From: Bacteroidales bacterium | Lineage (GTDB): Bacteria > Bacteroidota > Bacteroidia > Bacteroidales > WCHB1-69 | Assembly (NCBI GenBank): GCA_017525505.1 | Contig: JAFXSR010000046.1 | Coordinates: 1,520 to 65,519, forward strand | Direction: 5' to 3' | Length of the DNA: 64,000 bases | Shown here: piece after piece, positions 1-9,264 of the stretch | Layout: the number at the start of each line of letters is the position of its first letter | Numbering within the stretch: position 1 is the stretch's first letter | Made by a program: the position numbers and the translations under genes | Notes under the pieces: model-generated | Told to the model about the DNA's origin: nothing | What the model saw: the letters and a program-made list of their open reading frames with translations, nothing else | The model's database searches: none

Positions 1-48
1 TATTTTCCAAACAACCGATAACAACATATATATCCTTACATTTGTCCC

Positions 49-330
49 ATGAACCCACCCCTCACATACCGCTCAAAATTCACCAGTCCCGATATCGGGG
101 GATATCGGTACTTTTTCAATGGACAAGAGGCTGATAATGAGGTGTTTGAAGAAGTGGCTAATTTTGGCTACGAATTCAGACAGTACGACAACCGATTGGG
201 CTGCTGGTGGAGCGTGGCCCCTATCAACTTTTCAATATATCAGCCAGAATCGATACAGATTCGATCTTTCCGATATGTTCGTTATGGTGCTTGTAATAAC
301 GCAACATGCCTTGTAACAATTCATTCCTGA
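49..330 (+). pseudogene. Orphan RHS/YD-repeat-associated core-box fragment
   Basis: The translation contains GGYRYFFNGQEADNEV...FGYEFRQYDNRLGCWWSVAP. This matches the conserved RHS core box (YRYxFNGxExDNE ... YDxRLGRWxSxDP). There is no YD-repeat body upstream and no toxin-sized tail, and the ORF end overlaps the convergent recO. Confidence 0.4.
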
Positions 331-940
331 CAGATTTCGGGGCGGCATGCGGCAGGGTGTCATTCATCATGGCAAACAATACGGCACTTGCCGTCGGCGA
401 CAAATTCTGCTCCTCATCCACCCAATTGCCGACAAAAGCCGATTGCGTGATGGAAAAGACAGGATGCGACTGGTCGTAGTTAGGAACCGGATAAAAACCC
501 AGAATCTGCGACATCCGCAGCATGAAATCTATATGCGTGTCAGGGCGGACCGTCGCCGCCACATCCAACTGCCGCATTCTTTCTTCAATAAAGGCAAACA
601 GCTGCTGGTCAGCCCCATAGTCATACAGCAGGCGGTACAGCAACTCGCCGTAAAACATCAAGAGGGAACTTTTAACAATATCAAAAGGAATATCCACATA
701 TTGATGATAGCACGTTGCCTCTTTGAGATACATCAACTGGTTGAGTTTACGGTCATCGAACTGCAGCTCCAGCATTGAGAGGGGGGCAAACAGAGGCAGC
801 AGATGTTTGTTTTTGGCAGAAAAAGCATTTTTAATGATAAAGGTCTGGGTGCCATACCGCTCCGTAAACACTTTTACCACAATACCCGAATCGGCATATT
901 TGGTTTTATGCAGCACAATTGCCTTGGAGGTGACAAACAT
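224..940 (-). CDS. recO: DNA repair protein RecO
   Basis: 238 aa. The N-terminal OB-fold-type sequence MFVTSKAIVLHKTKYADSGIVVKVFTERYGTQTFIIKNA and the overall length are typical of Bacteroidota RecO. Confidence 0.8.
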   Translation of the reverse strand: MFVTSKAIVLHKTKYADSGIVVKVFTERYGTQTFIIKNAFSAKNKHLLPLFAPLSMLELQFDDRKLNQLMYLKEATCYHQYVDIPFDIVKSSLLMFYGELLYRLLYDYGADQQLFAFIEERMRQLDVAATVRPDTHIDFMLRMSQILGFYPVPNYDQSHPVFSITQSAFVGNWVDEEQNLSPTASAVLFAMMNDTLPHAAPKSVRNELLQGMLRYYKHHNEHIGKIESVSILADILKS

Positions 941-958
941 GAGCCGGAATCATTTTAA

Positions 959-3286
959 TTAGTTGACAAACAAAATTCTGGCCACATTTTTTTCCTTGCC
1001 ACTCTTGCTGGAGGAAAAAACGAAATATACCCCTGTGGCTGGACGCCGTCCTTTGAAATCCTTACCATTCCACACCAGCTCGCCCCCATTGGCATAGCCT
1101 TGCCAGATCAGATTTCCGGCGGCATCCACAATCTTGCAGAAGGAATTCTCCATCAGGCCGCTTACCGCGATCACGCCGGAATATCCACTGTGTACTGGAT
1201 TGGGAAAAACCTTCACATCTATGTACCACTCTTCTTCACCTTCGGTGGCCGTGCCCCGATAAGAGCAGATGCCCTTGTCGGTGCTGAAAAACACCTCGCC
1301 CGTAGTGCCGTCAATGGCAATATCATAGATCACATTCGACAACAAAGAAGAGTTTTCGGCTGTAAGGTGCATCAACTCCTCCGTTCCGTTCTCGCTGATG
1401 AGAAACGCACCGGCCCTGGTGGTACCCATCCATTTGCGGTTGGCACCGTCAACAGCGATGCACGAGACCTCCTCAAGTTCCAGCAGCACCGCCGCATAAC
1501 CTCCTTGCTCCAAAATGATATTTCTGGGCAGCGAGTTGCCACCAAACACTCTGCTGGGGTCATAAATCACCTTTACCCCTTTGTTGGTGCCAATCCACAT
1601 ACGTCCGTTCTTGTCTTCCGTGATGCATTTCACCTCCGACGACTCCACTTCCGCCGCGGCATTCATATCAACCAGCCACAGTCTGTCATCCGTTTGATTT
1701 TCAATAGTTTTATTATCATCATACACATACAACGACTGTGTGCTGCTACGAGGAAAAGTAACCCATTTATAGCCTCTTGAATCGACATATACATGCTGGG
1801 CAACGGTACCGATATCCCCCCTCAGACTATTGAAGGTCACCCAGGTGTTGTCAGTTTTCAGCACATGCAGAACAAAAGGAGCTCCGGAATTGGCCACCCA
1901 CAGGTTGCCGTATGCGTCATAACACAGACCCGACACCCTGGCCACCTCGTCGCCGGTCATCCCACGCAAAGGGCTGTTGCTCTGGTCGTAGAAAGTCACC
2001 ACATGCCCGTTAACGCATTTGTACAAGCCGTTGCCCCATGAAGACACAAAACACTCCTCGGGTTTGTCGGGGTTGACAACCACTTTGACCAAATCATGGG
2101 CATCGCCGTAACGCAGGAATTCATAAGAATTGTAAGTCCACTGTTCTTTCTGGAAAAAGCTGCATGCCGGCGCAAAATAGGCAGGTGCCCACAAATTTCG
2201 CCCCCCTGCCGTGGAGGCCAACACCCCACCCTCGCAGGAAAGGCTGTATGCTTTGTCGGAATGGGGACCGTCGGATGTCAGCAAAGAGACCTGCCCCGAC
2301 ACCCTGTTCCATCGCCACAAACCATTCTCATCGTCTGCCACCCACACATCATCCCCCTCGGCAGCAGCATGTTGCAAACTCGGGAAAACCCCTCCTTCAT
2401 AAAAATATTTGAAATCGTAATAATCATTCTCATACACCACCACATTCTGCCAATCCACCATCATAAAAGCGTCCTCACTGACCACAAAAGAGCGGACATC
2501 CTGGGCATCAAAACCTGCGTCATAGCGCCAAACGCCGTTCTCCAGCACATAAACAGAATCCGTCACGACAAGCTGCCCGCTGCCGTCATGCTCATCTGAA
2601 TTGCGATTGACAAACACCTTCTGCTGACATGCGGCAATATGGTTGTATTCCCGAAGCCCCAAGGCTAACTCACGCTGCCAAGCCCCAAGATCGGCCAACG
2701 CAAAACTCTGCTTGTCAATGCTATAAACTCCAATATCCGTAGCCAAATAGAAACGATCTGCAGCAATGGCCATGTCGTAAACAACATGATCTCCAAGACT
2801 GTTGACATACCACGTGTCACGAATCAGATAAGTGGACAAATCCACCACTACCACGCCAAAGCTGTAAACCAAATAGCATAGTCCGTCTTCAAAACATATC
2901 CGTTGTACCGATTTCGAGCCCGAAAGCTGTTTGTTTTTCACATCCGGCACATTGCTCAGACGGTCATCCACTATGAAATCCAAATTCCCATTGGCATAAG
3001 CAATCACCAAATTACGCGTGACCTTGTCGTAAGCGATTTTAGCAATATCCACATCCGACAAGCCGTTGCTTTTGGACCATTTATACATGTCCGATTCTTT
3101 TATATCATTCTTATTCTCAGCAAAATACAGAATCCCGCTTTTTCCCGCCGCATACACTTCATCGCCTACCGCCACCGAATAGAAGCGATTGTATGCCAGA
3201 TGATTGCGGAAGCTGCCAATGGACGTCTGCGCCGACAGCATCACCGCCATGAATGATATACTGAGTACTGACAATAATTTTTTCAT
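959..3286 (-). CDS. Double beta-propeller protein with T9SS C-terminal sorting domain (PorZ-like)
   Basis: 775 aa with a signal peptide (MKKLLSVLSISFMAVMLSAQ). It has repeated W/Y/G-rich blade motifs of the two-component-regulator propeller type. The C-terminal sorting domain reads VKVFPNPV...GVYFVFSSS...ILFVN. Size and architecture match P. gingivalis PorZ. Confidence 0.6.
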   Translation of the reverse strand: MKKLLSVLSISFMAVMLSAQTSIGSFRNHLAYNRFYSVAVGDEVYAAGKSGILYFAENKNDIKESDMYKWSKSNGLSDVDIAKIAYDKVTRNLVIAYANGNLDFIVDDRLSNVPDVKNKQLSGSKSVQRICFEDGLCYLVYSFGVVVVDLSTYLIRDTWYVNSLGDHVVYDMAIAADRFYLATDIGVYSIDKQSFALADLGAWQRELALGLREYNHIAACQQKVFVNRNSDEHDGSGQLVVTDSVYVLENGVWRYDAGFDAQDVRSFVVSEDAFMMVDWQNVVVYENDYYDFKYFYEGGVFPSLQHAAAEGDDVWVADDENGLWRWNRVSGQVSLLTSDGPHSDKAYSLSCEGGVLASTAGGRNLWAPAYFAPACSFFQKEQWTYNSYEFLRYGDAHDLVKVVVNPDKPEECFVSSWGNGLYKCVNGHVVTFYDQSNSPLRGMTGDEVARVSGLCYDAYGNLWVANSGAPFVLHVLKTDNTWVTFNSLRGDIGTVAQHVYVDSRGYKWVTFPRSSTQSLYVYDDNKTIENQTDDRLWLVDMNAAAEVESSEVKCITEDKNGRMWIGTNKGVKVIYDPSRVFGGNSLPRNIILEQGGYAAVLLELEEVSCIAVDGANRKWMGTTRAGAFLISENGTEELMHLTAENSSLLSNVIYDIAIDGTTGEVFFSTDKGICSYRGTATEGEEEWYIDVKVFPNPVHSGYSGVIAVSGLMENSFCKIVDAAGNLIWQGYANGGELVWNGKDFKGRRPATGVYFVFSSSKSGKEKNVARILFVN

Positions 3287-3298
3287 GAATCGGCCTCC

Positions 3299-4537
3299 TT
3301 ATTTTTTATCCACCACAATATTTTTCATATAACGGATGGGAATATATGAGGTTATAATACTGATTATCAAAATAGTGAACAAAACCATCACAAAATCCAG
3401 CCATTCCAGTTGCACTGGATAATAATTGATGAGATAGCCGCTGCTGCCGTCACCCAAGCCCACAATGTGGAACTTCATCTGCAGAAAACAAACCAGCAGG
3501 CCAATAAGTAAGCCAGCCAAGCCACCCAACAGAGAGATAAAGCCACCCTGCACCAGGAAAATCTTACGTACCAACGACTTGCGGGCACCCATGGCATAAA
3601 GCACCGACAGGTCATCCTTCTTCTCGATGATGAGCATGGACAACGTTCCAATCATATTGAAACCGGCCACCACCAAGATAAAGGCCAGAATGACAAAGAC
3701 CATCAACTTCTCGGACTTCATAGTCTTGTATAAGGATTCCTCCTGCTGATATTTGTCTTTCAGAATATAATTTCCATCTAAAACCTTTTCAATGGAAGCC
3801 CTGATTTTGGCATAGTCCTTCGGATTCTTCAGTTTAAGCTCGATGGAAGTCACTTCGTTCTCATAATTCATAATGGAACGCGCAAAATCCAGTGGCACAA
3901 ACACATATTTCTCATCATATTCGGTATAGGAAGCGAAAACGCCCGCCGGAATGACATAGTCGATATTGAATGCCCGTGCCGGGTCTGAAAGGTTCTTGAG
4001 CAAACGCTTGGGGTAATACACCTTCAGTTGTTCGGGACTGTGCATATTCAGTTGGATATTGCCGGCAGCTATCGCCCCCATCACCGCAGCGGGGCCTTCA
4101 CTGTATAGCAGTGTGGCATTGCCGTCAATCAGCAAGCTGTCGATGCCGGTACTGTGCAGATAATCAGGAGATACCCCCTTGACAGACACAAGCAGCTGTT
4201 TCTCGTTGTAGGTCATCAGAGTCATGTCTGAAACCACCTCAAACACTTCTTGCACACTCTCGAGTTTTTGCAGCTCAGCCATCGGAAAGCTGTCTGTGGC
4301 GAAGACTTTTCCTTCCTTCGGAAGAATCTGATAGTCAGGGTTGAATGAATTAAAGCTGCTGCGCACCAAGCCCTCCATGCCGTTGAACACCGACAACACG
4401 ATAATCAAAGCGGCCGAGCTGACCATGATACCGATCATGGAGATAATGGAAATCACATTGATGGCATGGTGTTTCTTTTTGGAAAACAGATACCTCAATC
4501 CGATAAAGCGGGCCGTTTGAAATGAATTGCTTTTCAA
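3299..4537 (-). CDS. FtsX-like ABC transporter permease (LolC/LolE family)
   Basis: 412 aa. It has an N-terminal TM helix, a large periplasmic loop and three C-terminal TM helices. The start FIGLRYLFSKKKHHAINVISIISMIGI is typical of the LolE/FtsX family. Confidence 0.8.
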   Translation of the reverse strand: MKSNSFQTARFIGLRYLFSKKKHHAINVISIISMIGIMVSSAALIIVLSVFNGMEGLVRSSFNSFNPDYQILPKEGKVFATDSFPMAELQKLESVQEVFEVVSDMTLMTYNEKQLLVSVKGVSPDYLHSTGIDSLLIDGNATLLYSEGPAAVMGAIAAGNIQLNMHSPEQLKVYYPKRLLKNLSDPARAFNIDYVIPAGVFASYTEYDEKYVFVPLDFARSIMNYENEVTSIELKLKNPKDYAKIRASIEKVLDGNYILKDKYQQEESLYKTMKSEKLMVFVILAFILVVAGFNMIGTLSMLIIEKKDDLSVLYAMGARKSLVRKIFLVQGGFISLLGGLAGLLIGLLVCFLQMKFHIVGLGDGSSGYLINYYPVQLEWLDFVMVLFTILIISIITSYIPIRYMKNIVVDKK

Positions 4538-4539
4538 GG

Positions 4540-4875
4540 CTACTGTTTCAGCAAGTTTTCAATATTTTCAATATAATCCAGAGAGTCGTCGATAAAGAAA
4601 TCCAGCTGCGGGATGATGCGAAGCTGGTTTTTCACCTTTTGTCCGAGGCGATAACGAATTTCCTTGATGTTGGACTTCACCGCCTTAAGCACTTTTTCGT
4701 TGTCTTCAGCATTAAAAATGGAAATATAGCTGCGGGCCAGTGACAAGTCCTTGGTAACGGAGGTTTTGGTGACGGTAATCATGCAGTCATACACTGGAAT
4801 GCCGTCAGCCAAAAAGATTTCCGCCAGTTCTTTTTGGATTAGTTTAGCTATTTTCTGTTGTCTTGTTGAGTCCAT
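4540..4875 (-). CDS. rbfA: Ribosome-binding factor A
   Basis: 111 aa. The sequence RQQKIAKLIQKELAEIF...ITVTKTSVTKDLSLARSYISIF is characteristic of RbfA. Confidence 0.85.
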   Translation of the reverse strand: MDSTRQQKIAKLIQKELAEIFLADGIPVYDCMITVTKTSVTKDLSLARSYISIFNAEDNEKVLKAVKSNIKEIRYRLGQKVKNQLRIIPQLDFFIDDSLDYIENIENLLKQ

Positions 4876-4900
4876 AGTTTTATTATTGCATTTAAAAATG

Positions 4901-4908
4901 CAAAGATA
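4901..4908 (-). promoter_or_regulatory. Bacteroidota -7 promoter box (TATCTTTG) upstream of rbfA
   Basis: The reverse complement of caaagata is TATCTTTG, matching the TAnnTTTG consensus. It lies about 26 nt upstream of the rbfA ATG. Confidence 0.5.
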
Positions 4909-4917
4909 CAGTTTTTT

Positions 4918-4941
4918 GTTGAATTGTTGAATTGTTGATGT
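4918..4941. repeat. Short tandem word array (gttgaatt, period 8)
   Basis: The units are gttgaatt/gttgaatt/gttgatgt. The reverse-complement word aattcaac is arrayed at 28545-28574. Confidence 0.7.
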
Positions 4942-4973
4942 GTTTAATATATTTTTTCAACAATGCAAAAAAA

Positions 4974-5379
4974 GTACCGAAGGTACGATATCTCAATAAC
5001 CCCGCACGTCAGTATGGGGTCTGGGAGAGGGAGTAACATCAACTCTCGATCTGCACACATCGACAGAGCATGATGAGGCCCGTAGGGCCGAAAAGAATAC
5101 AGACAGGGGTGTAACCCCTGATACAGACAGGGGCGCAGCCCCTGGTAGAAAGGACCACATATATCATCGCGGCACGTGTTGTGTTTGCCATGATGATGTG
5201 TTATGCTTGCCGCGAAAGTGAGGGGTGATGTTACAGTGCCTCAGGATCTTGACAGAGTGAGACACCTTGGTTTTGAGTCTGACGATGTGTCGCCTCTTCG
5301 AGGCTCAGAGACATGTGTGGGCATCCTCTCACCCCACACTAACGTGCGGGGTTACTGAAATGGTGCCTCTTCGAGGCAC
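4974..5379 (+). mobile_element. MITE-like hairpin-module element, copy A
   Basis: The left end gtaccgaaggtac...tcaataaccccgcacgtcagtatggggt and the right end accccacactaacgtgcggggttactga...gtgcctcttcgaggcac are inverted repeats of each other. The element is collinear with copy B except for an extra hairpin-rich insert at about 5025-5165. Confidence 0.7.
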
Positions 5380-5409
5380 AGGCTTAGTCTTCACAAACCA
5401 ATGAAATCT

Positions 5410-5778
5410 TCAGCTGCGACTGGATTGTATATGTTTGAAATACCGTATCCTCACCGTGGTATCCTCAATGTCAATAACACCGGATGATCTGCCATCTTTG
5501 GAATTGAATTCAAGCAAACAACAATTGGGGCTCATACTCAGACGGTTGATAGGTCTCGACTTTTGCAGAGGATCAATACACTCAAAATGCTGTCCGAGAT
5601 CCGTCACCATGGTCAGACTATCGCCATCCAAACGTGCGATATAGGTAGTTTGCGGTGTATTTACCACCACATAAACATGGTCATCCACGCAAAAAGCCCC
5701 CTCAAAAATTGTATCACCATGGCGAATACCATCGATATAATAATAGTTATAAGATGAACTGGCTCTATATGATGTCAC
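5410..5778 (-). CDS. Hypothetical protein
   Basis: 122-aa ORF in the AT-rich block, co-directional with the three upstream genes. No recognisable motif. Confidence 0.35.
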   Translation of the reverse strand: MTSYRASSSYNYYYIDGIRHGDTIFEGAFCVDDHVYVVVNTPQTTYIARLDGDSLTMVTDLGQHFECIDPLQKSRPINRLSMSPNCCLLEFNSKDGRSSGVIDIEDTTVRIRYFKHIQSSRS

Positions 5779-5854
5779 ATCATTTACAATTTGAGCTTCG
5801 TCGATATAATCTTCTGCAAAATACCCATCATTTTCACCGCAAAAACGACAACCA

Positions 5855-6436
5855 TCAAAAAGAAGTATTGGCCTCCCATGTCAGTTGTTTTTCAACAAAC
5901 AACAATCCACATCCTACTTTTACTTGATATCGATCATCTTCGTAGGCAATATCAGAAACGTTTTGAACTCGTTGCCATGTCCAGTTTGTCTCATTCAAGA
6001 AATATCCAGGTTGTATATCCGGCCATAAGTCACTGTTGTATTTATCTAAAGATTTCACATAGAGCAAGTTGTCTCTGACGAACATGTCATAAGTGATGGT
6101 AAAGGTTCGATTAAAATCTTCAGGAAGCGCCATGTTTTTGACGGGGCCATCCATTTCTGGCACAGCCACAACAATAGCATTGTCCCAGTCAAAATCGTAA
6201 TAACAATAATCCCCAAATTTAAGGAAATAATAACCATGGTATTTGACAGCACGCTCAAGTCGCCAAAACTTATTCTGGAAATGCGTGTCTTTGTCAGAAT
6301 TGAAATATACATTTATGGTATCGGTGCTGACCGTGAATTGTTGTGCCCGCAAATTGGGCACCATGCCACACAGTATCATCACCAGTGCAAGCGCTATGAA
6401 TATTCTGTTTTTCATCATGGCAAATAAAGTTATCAC
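5855..6436 (-). CDS. Hypothetical secreted protein
   Basis: Signal-peptide-like N-terminus (MMKNRIFIALALVMILCGMVPNLRAQ). There is a 4-nt ATGA overlap with the upstream gene. The true start may be the internal MMKN. Confidence 0.5.
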   Translation of the reverse strand: MITLFAMMKNRIFIALALVMILCGMVPNLRAQQFTVSTDTINVYFNSDKDTHFQNKFWRLERAVKYHGYYFLKFGDYCYYDFDWDNAIVVAVPEMDGPVKNMALPEDFNRTFTITYDMFVRDNLLYVKSLDKYNSDLWPDIQPGYFLNETNWTWQRVQNVSDIAYEDDRYQVKVGCGLLFVEKQLTWEANTSF

Positions 6437-7785
6437 TCTGTTACGAATTTAAAAGGAATGTTGAAATACACTCGTTTAACCGTGCAATATTCCGAATGCC
6501 ATATAAATTTCGGCATCAGCTTAACAACTCTTATAGCTTCAGCGTCTAATTCTGGGGTTAACGATTTTAGTATTTTTGGTTCTGAGATACTGCCGTCAAC
6601 TTCCACGACGAATTCTACCAACACTGTTCCATCTGCCTCCCGAGATCCTTCAGGCCTGTGGACATTTTCTTTAAGAAAGGCCGATAATGAGTCCATTCCA
6701 CCTGGATACTCGGGTACACAATCGGGCTTGTCAAAATATGACGTATTGCTACTGCCCGTAGGTTGTAGGTCTTTGTCATTTACCCATTCCCCGTTAATAA
6801 CCCAATAATACTGTCCTGGTGGCAGTTGTGCGGCTTGTAAAATCACATCGCGGCGCCAATACTGCTCAGGTATCGTGATTTCCCTAACAATGTGATCATT
6901 GTATGTTTTCACCTCGCAAAAAGGATTAACGCATTGGTTATCGATAACCACAGTCGGATATTCCTCAAGGTCATTCATCAGGAAAATTTCCCGTGACCAA
7001 GCCGCAAGGCTGTCCGAGTACATTACATCGTAAGTATCACCATCTGAATTACCGTCTGGAATTTTAAGTCTAATACAATCTTCGCATGTAAGTATACAAA
7101 ACCATTGCGAATTGTTTTCCTGTACGTTCCAATGACCTGCTTTAAAATATCTTTCAGGAAACTCTTTCTTGAACTCTTGCGTCAAAGCTTTACAAACCTT
7201 CATTTGTCGATTTAAAACTGCTGTGTCATGATGTTGCACAGCATAACACAGACTGTCGGCCATGCGTACTAAACGCATTGTGCGACCTTCTCTGGGCACC
7301 CAAACGGAGGCAAGAGTTCTACCATAGTTGAAGTAGTATCTTGTGCCGTCAAGGCCTTGGGGTTTGAGCTCGAGATGAGTGGCTGTCAAAGTAGCACATC
7401 TGAATAGTGTTGATAGTTTTTTACATGTCTCTTCTGAAACTGGCAGCGTCATTGTTTTCACAGACACAAGCTTCAATGGATCTGGTTTATGAAAATAGTT
7501 ATAATCATAAAGTGCATTCCAAATGCTTTTATTTGATTGGTTTAATACCAATTGATTGTTCTCAATAATCAGAGCTTTTTCCGGACGAAAATAGAATGTT
7601 TTATTTGAGGCTTCCCATGTGGCACTCCCTTCATATTCCACTCCTGAGATCAACAAACGGAATAGTTTTTCATCACCATTTACTTCACTACTATATATTC
7701 CGTATGATTCAGGCTTGAGGAAATCCTGTGCCCGGCCACATAAAACGGTGGTCAGCAAGAGTAGTATCAGGGTAATTTTGCGCAT
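6433..7785 (-). CDS. Secreted protein with C-terminal TonB-C (energy transducer) domain
   Basis: Start set at MRKITLILLLLTTVLCGRAQ (signal peptide), 20 nt downstream of a TATTTTTG box. The C-terminal PEYPGGMDSLSAFLKENVHRP...GTVLVEFVVEVDGSISEPKILKSLTPELDAEAIRVVKLMP is a TonB C-terminal domain. Confidence 0.65.
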   Translation of the reverse strand: MRKITLILLLLTTVLCGRAQDFLKPESYGIYSSEVNGDEKLFRLLISGVEYEGSATWEASNKTFYFRPEKALIIENNQLVLNQSNKSIWNALYDYNYFHKPDPLKLVSVKTMTLPVSEETCKKLSTLFRCATLTATHLELKPQGLDGTRYYFNYGRTLASVWVPREGRTMRLVRMADSLCYAVQHHDTAVLNRQMKVCKALTQEFKKEFPERYFKAGHWNVQENNSQWFCILTCEDCIRLKIPDGNSDGDTYDVMYSDSLAAWSREIFLMNDLEEYPTVVIDNQCVNPFCEVKTYNDHIVREITIPEQYWRRDVILQAAQLPPGQYYWVINGEWVNDKDLQPTGSSNTSYFDKPDCVPEYPGGMDSLSAFLKENVHRPEGSREADGTVLVEFVVEVDGSISEPKILKSLTPELDAEAIRVVKLMPKFIWHSEYCTVKRVYFNIPFKFVTE

Positions 7786-7804
7786 AATGATTGTGTTTGC
7801 GTTG

Positions 7805-7812
7805 CAAAAATA
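7805..7812 (-). promoter_or_regulatory. Bacteroidota -7 promoter box (TATTTTTG)
   Basis: The reverse complement of caaaaata is TATTTTTG. It lies 20 nt upstream of the ATG at 7785. Confidence 0.5.
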
Positions 7813-7844
7813 TATAAATTTCACGAACCGTCAGGTTTCTGGCC

Positions 7845-8432
7845 TCATATTCCGCCGAAATCGCTTTCAATCATTAACCACCTCTTTTCAGCTTCCGAAT
7901 AGACAAATTTGCAGGAAATCCAATCGCTAACAGCAAGAAGCCAGCCTCTTTTTTTTATTTCATCTCCCCAACTCAGGTAAGATGACCTAATGACAATTTC
8001 AAGCGTGTCGTGATGAAATTCAACAAACGGGCATTCTGCAACATTAAACCTTTTTCTAGACTTTATTTTTTTTGTCAAAATCCATTTTCGCGGATTACTT
8101 CCATCGTATGAATAAATAGTCGTAATGCCATTATTCTCACATTTGATAACTAAAGGTTTATATTTAGAGTATTCTTCCAGCTTCAACAGCATCATATTTG
8201 AATAGCCTGAGCCATTCCCGAAGAGAAGGTAAACGGAGGTGTCATATAGATAACCTCTGTTCACATCATTAATACGAAAATGGAATTTACCCATTGTGTC
8301 TATTAGGGCATCAAGCGTTTCGGCCGCTATCATATCTAAGGATTGTTTGCCCTGCATGGTGGATGAATCTTGCGCACTTGCAGGAAATATCAGTAAAAAA
8401 GACAAAACAAAAATTGCGACAAACTGCTTCAT
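7845..8432 (-). CDS. Hypothetical secreted protein
   Basis: 195 aa with signal peptide MKQFVAIFVLSFLLIFPASAQ. No recognisable domain. Confidence 0.5.
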   Translation of the reverse strand: MKQFVAIFVLSFLLIFPASAQDSSTMQGKQSLDMIAAETLDALIDTMGKFHFRINDVNRGYLYDTSVYLLFGNGSGYSNMMLLKLEEYSKYKPLVIKCENNGITTIYSYDGSNPRKWILTKKIKSRKRFNVAECPFVEFHHDTLEIVIRSSYLSWGDEIKKRGWLLAVSDWISCKFVYSEAEKRWLMIESDFGGI

Positions 8433-8554
8433 ATTATACTTTTGGGGGCAAAGTTACACAAATTTCTCGAATTGCAGGCAGACGGATAAATTTTTGCAAA
8501 GATGCGATGAAACGCGTCCGTTGATGCATAAATTGACAGTATTGTTAACACAAG

Positions 8555-8863
8555 CTACCCTTTATTCATTTTGGAAGGGATAATCCTATCCACAATTACA
8601 ATCTCATTATCAAGATGATACACATATATCCAACGACGATTGTGAGACACCATACGCCGTGCATTAGGATGAATCGCTAGCAAAGTCTGAGATGTGGTGC
8701 GCGACATGCAACTACCATAGACCGAAAGAGATTTAATCCCATTCCTCATGGCATTAGCATAACGCACAGCTCCTTCCTCTGGCAAAATCTCTTTCAGGAA
8801 AACTCTCAACTCATTCATATCGAAAAGTGCCCCATGGCTAATTCTCACCTCATAGATTTGCAT
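8555..8863 (-). CDS. RelE/ParE-family type II toxin (apparently orphan)
   Basis: 102 aa. The pattern YEVRISHGALFDMNELRVFLKEIL...AVRYANAMRNGIKSLSVYG...WIYVYHLDNEIVIVDRIIPSKM fits the ParE/RelE plasmid-stabilisation fold signature. Confidence 0.6.
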   Translation of the reverse strand: MQIYEVRISHGALFDMNELRVFLKEILPEEGAVRYANAMRNGIKSLSVYGSCMSRTTSQTLLAIHPNARRMVSHNRRWIYVYHLDNEIVIVDRIIPSKMNKG

Positions 8864-8979
8864 AATCTTCGTGAACCAATGAGATTAATTCATCAAAATA
8901 GTCATCTACAGACATAGTATCCTCAATGATTTTGTCTTTGCTGGAAGAATCGTCTCCCTAGACATGAGGATGTCTTGGA

Positions 8980-9264
8980 GTACCGAAGGTACGACATCTC
9001 AATAACCCCGCACGTCAGTGTGGGGTATGGAATGCACAATCTAATCTAATCGCGGCATGTACTATGCATGCCCTGATGATATGTTGTGCATGCCGCGAAA
9101 GGGAGGAATGATGTTACAGGGCTTACAGGATCTTGACAGACTGTGACACCTTGGTTTTGTGTCTGATGATGTGTCGCCTCTTCGAGGCTCATAGACATGT
9201 GTGAGCATCCTTTTGCCCCACACTTACGTGCGGGGTTACTGATGTGTCGCCTCTTCGAGGCTCA
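8980..9264 (+). mobile_element. MITE-like hairpin-module element, copy B
   Basis: It has the same ends and internal order as copy A: gtaccgaaggtac, aaccccgcacgtcagtgtggggt, ...cgcgaaag..gatgttacag..ggatcttgacag..gacaccttggttttg.., gcctcttcgaggc, ccccacacttacgtgcggggttactga, gcctcttcgaggc. Confidence 0.7.

Noticed and set aside
4974-5379. Hairpin-module elements considered as tRNA-like genes, retron msr/msd or group II intron fragments
   Set aside because: There is no cloverleaf, no adjacent reverse transcriptase, and no intron domain V/VI-like signature. The inverted-repeat ends and multiple dispersed copies fit a MITE-like repeat better.
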